Shown one piece after another: positions 39,083 to 48,718 of a stretch of DNA of 59,933 nucleotides. The stretch is from Herpetosiphon giganteus (GTDB lineage Bacteria; Chloroflexota; Chloroflexia; Chloroflexales; Herpetosiphonaceae), in the NCBI RefSeq assembly GCF_016907925.1, contig NZ_JAFBCZ010000018.1, positions 64,001 through 123,933 of the forward strand, written 5' to 3'. How positions within the stretch are numbered: position 1 is the first letter of the stretch; the number at the start of each line of letters is the position of its first letter. The notes under the pieces are model-generated. The model had not been told where the DNA came from. It saw nothing but the letters and a program-made list of their open reading frames with translations, and did not search any database. Both the position numbers and the translations under genes were made by a program.

Positions 39083-39260
39083 GCCAAAACCTCCAGCGCA
39101 AGAGGTTGCAGCAAGCTCACCAATTGCGAACTGCAATCAGCGAGTCAAGCGCAAAGTGCCTGATACTATTGGGCTATAGTATAACGCAGCTAGTTGAGGA
39201 TAGCACTAGTACTACGCCGTTATCCGTACTAAAGAACTAGTGTACAGAGCTGAGGCCAGC

Positions 39261-39293
39261 AAAAAGCCCGGACTCGTGTGAGTCCAGGCTTTG
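39261..39293 (-). terminator. Rho-independent terminator downstream of the Zn-ribbon gene
   Basis: Minus-strand RNA: agccuggacuc-acac-gaguccgggcu followed by uuuuug. Confidence 0.6.
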
Positions 39294-39326
39294 CTTATAA
39301 GAGTGAGGATTGATTCCCCAGGGTTC

Positions 39327-39737
39327 TTACCAGCGGTTCGAGCGTGATGATGATTGTTGGCTTTGGAAGCAATCGCGGCAGTAAACTGGCTTGTCGCCAC
39401 GTGGTACGAATGGCACTTGTGCAGGGCCGCCACATGATGAACAGGTGGTGGTGTGCATTTCGCGTTGACCGCGATCTGAGCTGAAGCCACCACGATCTGA
39501 GCTGTAACCACCACGGTCTGAGCCATAGCTGCTGCGGCTGTAGCCACCACCGCCGCCACGGCTTGAGCTTTCGTAGCCACCGCCACCGCGATTTTGTTTG
39601 CGGGCTTGGCGGCAGTTTGAACAGCGAGTTGGCTCGTTGTCAAAGCCCTTTTGAGCATAAAATTCTTGTTCGCCAGCGGTAAATACGAACTCGTTGCCAC
39701 AATCGCGGCAGTTCAACGTCTTGTCGGTAAAGCTCAT
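39327..39737 (-). CDS. Zinc-ribbon protein with two CxxC pairs flanking RGG/GGY-rich low-complexity repeats (putative nucleic-acid binding)
   Basis: N-terminal CRDCG...CSNC and C-terminal CSSCG...CRDC. Middle region RGGGGYESSSRGGGGGYSRSSYGSDRGGYSSDRGGFSSDRG. RBS ggagaa. Confidence 0.55.
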   Translation of the reverse strand: MSFTDKTLNCRDCGNEFVFTAGEQEFYAQKGFDNEPTRCSNCRQARKQNRGGGGYESSSRGGGGGYSRSSYGSDRGGYSSDRGGFSSDRGQREMHTTTCSSCGGPAQVPFVPRGDKPVYCRDCFQSQQSSSRSNRW

Positions 39738-39973
39738 TAGCTTGTTTCTCCAACTATGGTAAGGGATTCCAATTGTTTCAGGTTGGAGTCACGAAGCTCA
39801 GGGAAGAGATTGCATATCCACTCAGTCCGAGGTAATGTGAGGAACCAAACCATGTCAACGCAATCATTGTACCAAAACTATCTACAATTTACAAGAGGCA
39901 AAATGTGCTTTTTTGCCACGAGTTTAATCATGCGGGGTAGCTAGGGGTGAAAAAGTGGTTAAACTATGGTGGC

Positions 39974-40001
39974 AAAGGGTAGGTAGCTAGTTAGCCTACC
40001 C
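39974..40001 (-). terminator. Possible terminator hairpin downstream of dnaJ (agggtagg...cctaccct)
   Basis: 8-bp stem. On the minus strand it is followed by ccacuuuuucacc, a weak U-run. Confidence 0.35.
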
Positions 40002-40020
40002 TACCCTTTACCCAACATGC

Positions 40021-41157
40021 TTAGCTGCCGAAGATTTTGCTCCAAAAGCCACGCTCTTTTTGCTCGAAATGATCCATGCCCATGGTCTCGCCAAGTTTCT
40101 GGAACAGTTCGCGCTGGTCTTCGTTGAGTTTGGTTGGCACGCGCACTTTAACCACAACCATTTGATCGCCGCGGCGGCCTAAGTTGCGCCCCGATGAATC
40201 AATGTAGGGCACGCCTTTGCCGCGCAAGGTAAAGACTGTCCCATCTTGGGTGCCCGCTGGCACATTCAACGGCTCGTCGCCATCAACGGTTGGCACATTC
40301 AGTTGCGCACCCAAGGCTGCTTGCACAATGTTAATTGGCAGTTGCAACAGAATATTGTTTTCTTCGCGCACAAAGAAATCGTGTGGTTGCACCCGTAAAT
40401 TAACATACAGATCGCCAGCAGAGCCGCCACTTGGTCCGCTATCGCCAGCCCCACCAATTCGAATCCGCATGCCATCATCAACCCCAGCTGGCACGGTCAA
40501 TTTGCGCTTGACGGTTTCGCGGACGCGGCCTTCGCCGCGACAGGTTTTACATGGAATCGGAATAATCACGCCACGCCCAGAACATTGATCACAGGTGGTG
40601 ACGGTGACCATATTCAGGAAGGTGCGCACCCGCATCTCGCCCGAACCTTGGCACTTGGGACAGCGCGTTGGCTCGGTGCCAGGTTCAGCGCCATTGCCAC
40701 CACAAGGCCCACACGATTCGAGCCGCCGATAATCAAGCTCTTTTTCGGTACCAAAAATCGCTTCTTCAAAGCTAATCACCAAATCGGCGCGTAAATCGGC
40801 ACCTTGGCGCGTGCCGCCACGGCTACCGCCACGCGCACCTTGGCCAAAGAAGGCATCGAAGATGGTGCTAAATGGATCGCCGCCAGCGCCACCAAAGCCC
40901 GAAAATGGGTCGAAGCCTTGGCCGCTGCTGCCAGCATGGCCAAATTGGTCGTACATGCGGCGCTTTTGATCGCTCGAAAGCACCTCGTAGGCTTCGGTTG
41001 CCTCTTTGAATTTGTTTTCGGCTTCTGCATTGCCGGGGTTGCGGTCGGGGTGATATTGCATGGCCAACTTGCGGTAGGCCTTTTTGATCTCGTCAGGTGA
41101 GGCACTTTTGCCCACACCTAGTACTTCGTAGTAGTCGCGTTTTGCCTCAGTTGCCAT
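40021..41157 (-). CDS. dnaJ: Molecular chaperone DnaJ
   Basis: J-domain with HPD, a G/F-rich region, and four CxxCxGxG zinc-finger repeats. Confidence 0.95.
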   Translation of the reverse strand: MATEAKRDYYEVLGVGKSASPDEIKKAYRKLAMQYHPDRNPGNAEAENKFKEATEAYEVLSSDQKRRMYDQFGHAGSSGQGFDPFSGFGGAGGDPFSTIFDAFFGQGARGGSRGGTRQGADLRADLVISFEEAIFGTEKELDYRRLESCGPCGGNGAEPGTEPTRCPKCQGSGEMRVRTFLNMVTVTTCDQCSGRGVIIPIPCKTCRGEGRVRETVKRKLTVPAGVDDGMRIRIGGAGDSGPSGGSAGDLYVNLRVQPHDFFVREENNILLQLPINIVQAALGAQLNVPTVDGDEPLNVPAGTQDGTVFTLRGKGVPYIDSSGRNLGRRGDQMVVVKVRVPTKLNEDQRELFQKLGETMGMDHFEQKERGFWSKIFGS

Positions 41158-41164
41158 ACATATC

Positions 41165-41423
41165 CCTTATGTAGTAAGGATGAAGGATGAGGGATGAATT
41201 ATGAACATCCCCATCGCTCACACCTTGGTTAATCTTGTAGAAGGGTGAAGGATGAGGGATGAATTATGAACATCCGCACCATTCACACCTTAGGTTTGTA
41301 ATGTAAGTTCTGCGCTTGATGTCTAAATTACATATTCAATAATGAAGAATGAAATAACCTTTCTAAATTCATAATTCGTCTATTTCATCCTTCATCCTTC
41401 ATCCTTCATCCTTCATAATTTCG
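41165..41423. repeat. dnaK-dnaJ spacer filled with GGATGAA-family repeats: two ~50-bp direct repeats (gaaggatgagggatgaattatgaacatcc...cacacctt) and (ttcatcc)x4-ttcataatt
   Basis: R1 at about 41178-41230, R2 at about 41244-41295, heptamer run at 41385-41420. R1/R2 and the run are mutually inverted, so long hairpins are possible. Confidence 0.7.
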
Positions 41424-43280
41424 TTAGAGTTCTACTTCGTCGGCATTGCCTTGTTCTTGGCTGGAGGTTTCTGGCTCGATGCCAAAATCGGGTGCTGGCT
41501 TGAGCCGTTGCATTGCCACGCTCAATTCAGCAGTACGATTGTTGATCGCTTCCATATCGTCGCCATCAAGCACCGCCCGCAGTGCCGCAATCCGATCTTC
41601 GACTGTGTTACGAGCAGAGTAATCCACATTCTCATCGGCTTCGCGCAACATGCGATCGGCGGCGTAGATTACGCCATCGGCTTTGTTGCGAGTTGCAATT
41701 TGATCACGGCGGCGCGCATCACTATCGGCGTGATCTTCAGCATCGCGAATCATCGAGGCAATTTCATCATCGTTTAAGCCCGACGATGGCGTGATGGTGA
41801 TTTTTTGCTCTTTATTGGTTGCTTTGTCGGTAGCGCTAACATTAACAATCCCGTTGGCATCAATATCAAAAATAACTTCAATTTGCGGCACGCCACGCGG
41901 CGCGGCAGGAATGCCATCGAGGGTAAAACGGGCCAACGATTTGTTATGCCGAGCTTCGGCGCGCTCACCTTGCAACACATGAATTTCGACACTATTTTGA
42001 TTGTCGCTCGCGGTTGAGAAAATTTGCGAACGCTTGGTCGGAATCGTGGTGTTGCGATCAATCAGCGGGGTCATCACACCGCCATAGGTTTCGATGCCCA
42101 AGGTCAATGGCGTTACGTCAAGCAACAGCACATCGGTCACATCACCCGAAAGCACACCCGCCTGAATTGCCGCGCCAATTGCCACCACTTCATCGGGATT
42201 CACACCCTTGTGTGGATCTTTGCCAAAGAATTTTTTGACGGCGGCTTGCACAGCTGGCATGCGGGTTTGGCCACCAACCAAAATCACTTCATCAACTTCG
42301 CTGGCTTTCAAGCCAGCATCTTGCAAGGCGAGTTTGATTGGCTTGAGCGTGCGTTCGACCAAATCGCCAGTCAATTGCTCAAGTTTGGCGCGGGTCAAGG
42401 TGGTATTCAAGTGTTTGGGGCCGCTGGCATCGGCACTGATAAACGGCAGCGAAATATCGGTTTGCAACACGCTCGAAAGCTCTTGTTTGGCCTTTTCGGC
42501 AGCTTCCTTCAAGCGTTGCAAGGCCATGCGGTCGCTGCGCAAATCGATATTATTTTCGCGTTGGAATTCGCTTGCTAGCCAGTCGATAATCTTTTGATCG
42601 AAATCATCGCCGCCGAGGTGGGTATCGCCGTTGGTTGCGCGAACCTCAAACACCCCATCGCCAAGCTCCAAAATTGAAACGTCGAAGGTGCCACCACCAA
42701 GGTCATAGACGACAATTAATTCGTTGGTGTTGCGATCTAAGCCATAGGCCAAGGCGCTGGCGGTTGGCTCGTTGATGATGCGCAATACTTCGAGGCCAGC
42801 AATTTTGCCAGCATCTTTGGTCGCTTGGCGCTGCGAATCATCAAAATAGGCCGGAACCGTAATCACCGCTTGAGTGACAGGCTCGCCCAAATAGGCTTCG
42901 GCATCTGCTTTGAGTTTTTGCAAAATCATGGCCGAAACTTCTTGCGGCGAGTAATCGCGACCACCCATCAAAACCCGGGCATCGCCATTGGGCGCGCTGG
43001 TCATGCGATAAGGAATCAAATCCTTGTCGCGTTGAACGCTAGGATGATCTAATTTACGGCCAATAAAGCGCTTGACCGAATAAATTGTATTTTCGGGATT
43101 GGTGACCGATTGGCGCTTGGCCACCAAGCCAACCGTGCGTTCACCGTTTTTGCTCAAGGCGACAATTGAAGGCGTGGTGCGTGCGCCTTCGGCGTTGGGA
43201 ATAACCACCGCCTCGCCACCTTCCATGACCGCAACCACTGAATTGGTTGTTCCAAGGTCAATACCGATCACTTTACCCAT
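41424..43280 (-). CDS. dnaK: Molecular chaperone DnaK (Hsp70)
   Basis: Start at the [14 protein letters not shown] methionine. Hsp70 signatures throughout. Confidence 0.95.
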   Translation of the reverse strand: MGKVIGIDLGTTNSVVAVMEGGEAVVIPNAEGARTTPSIVALSKNGERTVGLVAKRQSVTNPENTIYSVKRFIGRKLDHPSVQRDKDLIPYRMTSAPNGDARVLMGGRDYSPQEVSAMILQKLKADAEAYLGEPVTQAVITVPAYFDDSQRQATKDAGKIAGLEVLRIINEPTASALAYGLDRNTNELIVVYDLGGGTFDVSILELGDGVFEVRATNGDTHLGGDDFDQKIIDWLASEFQRENNIDLRSDRMALQRLKEAAEKAKQELSSVLQTDISLPFISADASGPKHLNTTLTRAKLEQLTGDLVERTLKPIKLALQDAGLKASEVDEVILVGGQTRMPAVQAAVKKFFGKDPHKGVNPDEVVAIGAAIQAGVLSGDVTDVLLLDVTPLTLGIETYGGVMTPLIDRNTTIPTKRSQIFSTASDNQNSVEIHVLQGERAEARHNKSLARFTLDGIPAAPRGVPQIEVIFDIDANGIVNVSATDKATNKEQKITITPSSGLNDDEIASMIRDAEDHADSDARRRDQIATRNKADGVIYAADRMLREADENVDYSARNTVEDRIAALRAVLDGDDMEAINNRTAELSVAMQRLKPAPDFGIEPETSSQEQGNADEVEL

Positions 43281-43374
43281 ATACTTATTGCTCCACAGAC
43301 AGCGACAAAGCATCGTTAAGCGACAGCCACGAACGGCAGCGATGCCACTTAAACGATGCTTTGCCTAGGTGCTC

Positions 43375-43890
43375 CTACTTGCCGACTTTGACGACCGTTG
43401 GACGCAAGACCCGTTCGCCGAGCTTGTAGCCGCGGCGCAATTCGGCCACGACTTTGTTTGATTGGGCTTCGTCGCCTTCTTCAAACATAATTGCTTCGTG
43501 AACATTGGGGTCGAATTCTTCATCAACGGCGGGAATTGGTTGCAGGCCAGCGCCCTCAAGCACCGTTTCAAATTTACGTTGTACTTGTTTAACGCCGCCA
43601 ATCCACTGATTGTTTTCAATTTCAGCGGGAATTTGGCCCATCGCCAAGAGCAGGTCGTCGAGCACTGGAAGCAATTTCAACATTAAACCAGCGCTAGCAT
43701 TGCGAATCAACTCCTCGCGTTCGCTTTCGGTGCGGCGTTTGTAATTTTTGAAATCGGCAATTGCGCGCATCCAGTTGGTTTTATGTTCTTCAACTTCGCG
43801 TTCGAGCGTGGCGATCCGTTCGTTCAGGCTTTCTGCATCGCCTTCAGGATTGGTATCGTCAGTTGATTGTGCTTGCACTTCTTCCGTCAT
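43375..43890 (-). CDS. grpE: Nucleotide exchange factor GrpE
   Basis: GrpE-like coiled coil and C-terminal beta domain. RBS ggaggtatggag. Confidence 0.85.
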   Translation of the reverse strand: MTEEVQAQSTDDTNPEGDAESLNERIATLEREVEEHKTNWMRAIADFKNYKRRTESEREELIRNASAGLMLKLLPVLDDLLLAMGQIPAEIENNQWIGGVKQVQRKFETVLEGAGLQPIPAVDEEFDPNVHEAIMFEEGDEAQSNKVVAELRRGYKLGERVLRPTVVKVGK

Positions 43891-43940
43891 GAGAACTCCA
43901 TACCTCCGTAAAGATCAAATTTGTATTATCACCGAATTAG

Positions 43941-44033
43941 GTTTCCTCACTCCCGCCCTCGCGCACCCGTGAGTCAAAAATCCTGTGCTCCCCTCGCCCG
44001 CTCTGTGGGAGAGGGGTTGGGGGTGAGGGAACC
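43941..44033. repeat. REP-like palindromic element (cccctcgcccgctctgtgggagagggg + ttgggggtgaggg)
   Basis: Same family as 4355-4488. Lies between hrcA and grpE. Confidence 0.6.
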
Positions 44034-44042
44034 TTATTCAAC

Positions 44043-45107
44043 CTATTCTGTTGGTTCTATTTTGCGTTCGCCGTATAAATCGCCCATCAGATCGCTCATG
44101 ACCCCAGCGATATAGCGCACGCTAGAGATTGAGCGCGGATAGGCCATGCGGCGCGGCCCCAAAACCCCGACAACTCCGGCAACATCGCCATTGACTCCGT
44201 AGCGCGAAAGAATCACACTATAATCGCGCAACTCATCGCGGCTATGCTCGCCGCCGATAATCACCTGCACGCCATCGGAGGCCAAGGCTTGGGGAATGAG
44301 CGATTCGAGCATCGTGCCGCCTTCGAGAATCGAAAGCACCTCGCGCACCCGCGTCACCTGGCCAAACTCTGGTTGATGCAGCATTTCGAGCAAGCCATCG
44401 TGATGAATTAATTCGTTGACATGCTCCTCGAATTGTTGCATTGCCCGCGCCACGCTCTCGATCACCAGCATTTCAAAACTGCTGAGCGGAGGTTGAGCCA
44501 CAGGCTGCGTCAGCGCAAGCGCCGCAATCGCCTTGGCCGAAGCTTCATGACAAAGCTCATTGATCCGGCCAGCGATTCTGCTAAGCTGCTCTTGGGTGGT
44601 GTTGGGGTCGGCGGGCAGCGTTTGTTGCTTAACCGAGCCTTCGTGCAACACCAACACCATCAACACCAAGGCATCGTTGATCGCGATCAATTCAATATGT
44701 TTAAAGCGACTTTCATAGGCGCGCGGGGGGGTAACCACGGCTGCGGTTTGGGCAGTTCGGGCCAAAACCGCTGCTGCCAAATGAATCCATTGGTTCAATT
44801 CCGAGCGGATTTGATAGAACTGATGTTGGATCATGCGCTGTTCTTGGGTGGAAAGCGCCGCCCGATCCATCAAATTTTCGACAAAGAAGCGATAGCCAGC
44901 ATCGGTGGGCAAGCGCCCAGCCGACGTATGCAAATGGGTCAAAAGGCCAGCATCTTCTAAGGCCGCCATTTCGTTGCGGACAGTCGCCGAGCTAACCCCC
45001 AAACTCCGCGCAAGATCCTGCGAGGCGACTGGAGTTGCCGTATCGATGTATTGTTGGATAACTGCCTTAAGCACCCGTCGTCGCCGCTCATTGAGTTCTA
45101 GATTCAT
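44043..45107 (-). CDS. hrcA: Heat-inducible transcription repressor HrcA
   Basis: N-terminal winged-HTH ([28 protein letters not shown]). Heads the grpE-dnaK-dnaJ operon, with a CIRCE operator upstream. Confidence 0.9.
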   Translation of the reverse strand: MNLELNERRRRVLKAVIQQYIDTATPVASQDLARSLGVSSATVRNEMAALEDAGLLTHLHTSAGRLPTDAGYRFFVENLMDRAALSTQEQRMIQHQFYQIRSELNQWIHLAAAVLARTAQTAAVVTPPRAYESRFKHIELIAINDALVLMVLVLHEGSVKQQTLPADPNTTQEQLSRIAGRINELCHEASAKAIAALALTQPVAQPPLSSFEMLVIESVARAMQQFEEHVNELIHHDGLLEMLHQPEFGQVTRVREVLSILEGGTMLESLIPQALASDGVQVIIGGEHSRDELRDYSVILSRYGVNGDVAGVVGVLGPRRMAYPRSISSVRYIAGVMSDLMGDLYGERKIEPTE

Positions 45108-45121
45108 CGCTCACCTCGCTT

Positions 45122-45148
45122 TAGCACTCTTGGCCGCCGAGTGCTAAC
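45122..45148. promoter_or_regulatory. CIRCE operator (HrcA binding site) TTAGCACTC-N9-GAGTGCTAA
   Basis: Perfect match to the canonical CIRCE consensus, 15 nt upstream of the hrcA start. Confidence 0.9.
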
Positions 45149-45527
45149 TCGGTAAGTTATAAGATTGGCGTGCTCGCCGCACGCCGCTGAATATTGTAAC
45201 ACGCCGCGAAAGAGCTAGCAACGGGGCCACGCCAGCTCTTACATCGCTCTAACATTCAGCCAATTTAAACCAGTTGCGACTAAATCTCAAAAATTGGCTG
45301 AATTTCCGTTAGATCTATATCGCAAGAACTATGCACATTTTGCCCAGAATCGGCTATAATCGCCAAACGCTATTACGATATGATCATCAAGTGCTATGAG
45401 GAGGTTTCGAATGTGGGTCGGGGAGAAACTCTGCTGATTGAGGAGCAGGTAGCATCGGGGGGGTCTGGCAACTCTCCTTATAGCGTGATGCTGAATGTCA
45501 ATAGTTTTTAGTGTGTAAGGAAGGTCT

Positions 45528-48500
45528 ATGCGTTCGATGCGTATGCTGCGTTTGCTAGCAGCATTAATTGTGGTGAGCATGCTTCCATTGAGCCGAAGCA
45601 ACGCCCAAACTCCAACCACCAATGCCCCAATCAATCGCTTGCTCAACCAAGGAGCCAATGTTGCTCGCCACAGCCAAACAGGCTATGTGCGTTGGATTGG
45701 CGCGGCAGCAGGCACAACCCTCGATCAGCCAAGCGGCCTGAATCGGGCAGATACGGTTAATGTTGCCAACGCCTATGTGGCCGAATATGGTAGCTTGTTT
45801 GGCTTAGCCCAAGCCAGCGATGCAGCAATTGCAAAAACGACCACCACCCAAGATGGTCGCCAAGTTGTGCGTTATCAACAACGCTACCAAGGCGTGCCAG
45901 TAGTAGCTGGTGAATTGCAAGTGCAATTGAACCAAGCAGGCGAATTGCTCAGTATGAATGGCGAAGTGTTGCCAAATCTCAATCTGAGCACCAGCGCCAA
46001 ACTGAGCCAAGCCAACGCTAGCAGCATTGCCCAAAACTATGTTGCCGCCAAATACGATGCCAACACTGCCAACTTGAATGTGAGCAACAACGAGCTTTCA
46101 ATTTACAACCCAGCCTTGTTGGGTGGCACTGGTGTTCAAAAAAATAGCTTGGTTTGGTTAGTCACGATTGAATCAACCAGCAGCGAGCCAATTCGCGAGT
46201 ATGTGTTTGTCAATGCCCAGTCGGGCGAGATTAGCTTAGCCTTCAACCAAATTGGCTATGCCAAAAATCGCTTCGTCTGCGACGACGACAATGTGATTGA
46301 TACCGACAACACTCCCAATAATAACTGTGATGAAGCCAGCGAATATGTGCGCACCGAAGGCTCAGCCCCAAGTGGCGATGCAGATATCGATGCCGCCTAC
46401 GATTATTCGGGCGACACCTACGACTTCTACAACTTGTTCTTTGGCCGCAACAGCATCGACAACAACGGCATGAGCTTGATTTCATTGGTCAAGCATTGCC
46501 CACCTGGTGCTGGTTGCCCTTACCAAAACGCCTTCTGGAATGGTCGCCAAATGACCTATGGTGAAGGGTTTGCTGCTGCCGACGACGTGGTTGCCCACGA
46601 ATTGTCGCACGGCGTAACCGAATATACCTCAAACCTGTTCTACTACTTCCAATCAGGCGCAATCAACGAAGCCATGTCGGATATTTTCGGCGAATTCATG
46701 GATCAAACCAACGGTAGCGCCGACGATGATACAAGCACTCGTTGGATTATGGGCGAAGATTTGGGCGGATTGCGTGATATGCAAGATCCACCGCAAGGCG
46801 GCCAGCCTGATAGCATGCTCAGCCCATTGTATGTGCTTGACGCAAGCTTGGCTGACAACGGTGGCGTGCACACCAACAGCGGGATTGCCAACAAGGCTGC
46901 CTATCTGTTGACCGATGGCGACAGCTTCAACGGCCAAACGATCAACTCGATTGGCATCACCAAAACTGCCCATTTATTCTATGAAACCCAAATTAGCTCG
47001 TTGACTTCGGGCAGCGACTATGCTGATTTAGCGTCGGCTTTGCGCCAAGCGTGTAGCAGCCTAACTGGCAGCCATGGGATTACGGCAGCTGATTGTGCTG
47101 AAGTTAACAAAACCATTTTGGCCACCGAAATGGATTTGCAGCCAACCAACGCACCAGCTCCTGACATCAAGGCCTGTAGCCCTGGCCAAACTCAGGTTAA
47201 TGTTTTCGCCGATGATTTTGAAGCCTTGCCAAACACCAAATGGACTGCAAGCGCCTTGAGCGGTAGCAACGAAAGCTGGACGACCAATCCTGCTCAAATC
47301 GTTGGCGCGTATGCAACCAGCGGCAATGGTTCGGCCACCAACATCAATGGCGTGTATGGTGTGAATCAAGATGTTGAAGAATCGGCCTTCAGCCAAAATG
47401 CAGCTGTAACGGTTCCAGCCAATGGCTTTGCCTACTTCCGCCATGCCTACGATTTCTACTCACCAATCGATGCGGGCGTGGTTGAATATAGCACCAACAA
47501 CGGCAACAGCTGGCAATCGGCAGCAAACTTGTTTAGCTACAACGGGCCAAACAACATTGCTGCAGGCGGCGAATTTGCAGGCGAGCAAGCCTATGTTGGC
47601 AACAGCAATGGCTACACTGCTAGCCGCTTGAATCTCTCAAGCTTGGCTGGTCAATCAGTTCGCTTCCGCTTCAAAGTGGCGCTTGGCGACAACCCAACTC
47701 CAAGCCGCTCGGTTACCTGGTCGATTGACGATTTCGCAATCTACAGCTGTAGCGGCGCAGTAACGCCAGCAGCACCAAGCCTGTTCCTCACCAGCGATGT
47801 CTTGGCCCAACAAGGCAAGATTAGCAGTGCTGTGATTGGGACGGCCTCTGATGATATTGATTTGGCTGGTTCGTTGGCCGTGAGCGTTGCTGGCGCGCCA
47901 GCAGGCTTGAACGTCAACGTCGCCAACCAAGCAGGCATCTTGAAAGCGACGGTCAATTGTGCTTGTGACACCGAAGTTGGCAGCTACCCAATTACGGTAA
48001 CCGTCCGCGACAGCGGCAACCGCACCGCTAGCCAAGTATTCAATGTTGAAGTTGAAACCGCTGGCCAAAGCGTGATTGACGGTGGCTTTGAGCTCGGCGA
48101 GGGCTGGGAAGCCTTCTCAAGCTCGTTTGGCGACGTTTCACCGCCATTGTGTTTCTTGCCTGGCTGCGCTGGCGAGCCACGCACTGGCAATAGCTGGTTG
48201 CGCTTTGGCGCACGCGCTGGCAGCACCGAAACCGCGTTTGCAGAGCAAACCTTCACCTCAACTGCGAGCGATGCAACGCTTGAATTCTATCTCTCGATCT
48301 ATGCCCATAACGGGCGTGGCACGCAAGATTACGTCAAGCTTAGCATTGATGGCGAAGAAGTGTTCCGCGTCACCGATGCCAACACCGAATACGACAATGG
48401 CTATGCCAAAGTGACGATTCCATTGACCGACCTTGAAGCAGGCGCACATGTCTTGCGCTTCGATTCAGTCAATAATTCGACTACACGCAACATTCGCTTT

Positions 48501-48581
48501 AGCATTGATGACATCAGTTTGATTACTGAAACCAATCAATGCCGTGGCGTTGGCGTGTATCTGCCTGCCGTCACCAAATAA
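45528..48581 (+). CDS. Large secreted M4 (thermolysin-family) zinc metalloprotease with propeptide and ~500-aa C-terminal beta-sandwich/Ig-like extensions
   Basis: Signal peptide. HEXXH VVAHELSHGVTEY and the thermolysin motif GAINEAMSDIFGE. C-terminal domain ...VRFRFKV...WSIDDFAIY. Ends GVGVYLPAVTK. Confidence 0.85.
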   Translation: MRSMRMLRLLAALIVVSMLPLSRSNAQTPTTNAPINRLLNQGANVARHSQTGYVRWIGAAAGTTLDQPSGLNRADTVNVANAYVAEYGSLFGLAQASDAAIAKTTTTQDGRQVVRYQQRYQGVPVVAGELQVQLNQAGELLSMNGEVLPNLNLSTSAKLSQANASSIAQNYVAAKYDANTANLNVSNNELSIYNPALLGGTGVQKNSLVWLVTIESTSSEPIREYVFVNAQSGEISLAFNQIGYAKNRFVCDDDNVIDTDNTPNNNCDEASEYVRTEGSAPSGDADIDAAYDYSGDTYDFYNLFFGRNSIDNNGMSLISLVKHCPPGAGCPYQNAFWNGRQMTYGEGFAAADDVVAHELSHGVTEYTSNLFYYFQSGAINEAMSDIFGEFMDQTNGSADDDTSTRWIMGEDLGGLRDMQDPPQGGQPDSMLSPLYVLDASLADNGGVHTNSGIANKAAYLLTDGDSFNGQTINSIGITKTAHLFYETQISSLTSGSDYADLASALRQACSSLTGSHGITAADCAEVNKTILATEMDLQPTNAPAPDIKACSPGQTQVNVFADDFEALPNTKWTASALSGSNESWTTNPAQIVGAYATSGNGSATNINGVYGVNQDVEESAFSQNAAVTVPANGFAYFRHAYDFYSPIDAGVVEYSTNNGNSWQSAANLFSYNGPNNIAAGGEFAGEQAYVGNSNGYTASRLNLSSLAGQSVRFRFKVALGDNPTPSRSVTWSIDDFAIYSCSGAVTPAAPSLFLTSDVLAQQGKISSAVIGTASDDIDLAGSLAVSVAGAPAGLNVNVANQAGILKATVNCACDTEVGSYPITVTVRDSGNRTASQVFNVEVETAGQSVIDGGFELGEGWEAFSSSFGDVSPPLCFLPGCAGEPRTGNSWLRFGARAGSTETAFAEQTFTSTASDATLEFYLSIYAHNGRGTQDYVKLSIDGEEVFRVTDANTEYDNGYAKVTIPLTDLEAGAHVLRFDSVNNSTTRNIRFSIDDISLITETNQCRGVGVYLPAVTK

Positions 48582-48587
48582 CGGGAT

Positions 48588-48633
48588 ACCCTCACCCCAG
48601 CCCCTCGCCTACTCAACACGGGCGAGGGGAGCA
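48588..48633. repeat. REP-like palindromic element (ccctcacccc + cccctcgcc-tactcaacac-gggcgagggg)
   Basis: Same family as 4355-4488. Confidence 0.55.
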
Positions 48634-48676
48634 CTGGTCTCGTGGTTAACCTGATATACCAATACGAATAACCACA

Positions 48677-48718
48677 AAAGCGCCACCATGGCTTAGGTCA
48701 TGGTGGCGCTTTTGATTT
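48677..48718. terminator. Bidirectional rho-independent terminator (aaaagcgccaccatg-gcttaggt-catggtggcgcttttgattttt)
   Basis: Perfect 11-bp stem followed by a T-run. Sits between the convergent M4 protease gene and the 48719 gene. Confidence 0.8.

Noticed and set aside
39212-39700. 162-aa Ala/Val/Thr-rich ORF overlapping the Zn-ribbon gene in another frame
   Set aside because: The Zn-ribbon frame has paired CxxC motifs, an RBS and a terminator. This frame is low-complexity.
42024-42597. ORFs of 184 and 129 aa on the plus strand (also 41451..41777, 44421..44960)
   Set aside because: Antisense shadow ORFs within dnaK and hrcA, which are unambiguous on the minus strand.
45379-45510. About 43-codon ORF (MIIKCYEEVSNVGRGETLLIEEQ...) and an 8-codon uORF in the leader of the M4 protease gene
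   Set aside because: Too short and unsupported to call as genes. Kept only as a possible leader feature within the CIRCE-region finding.
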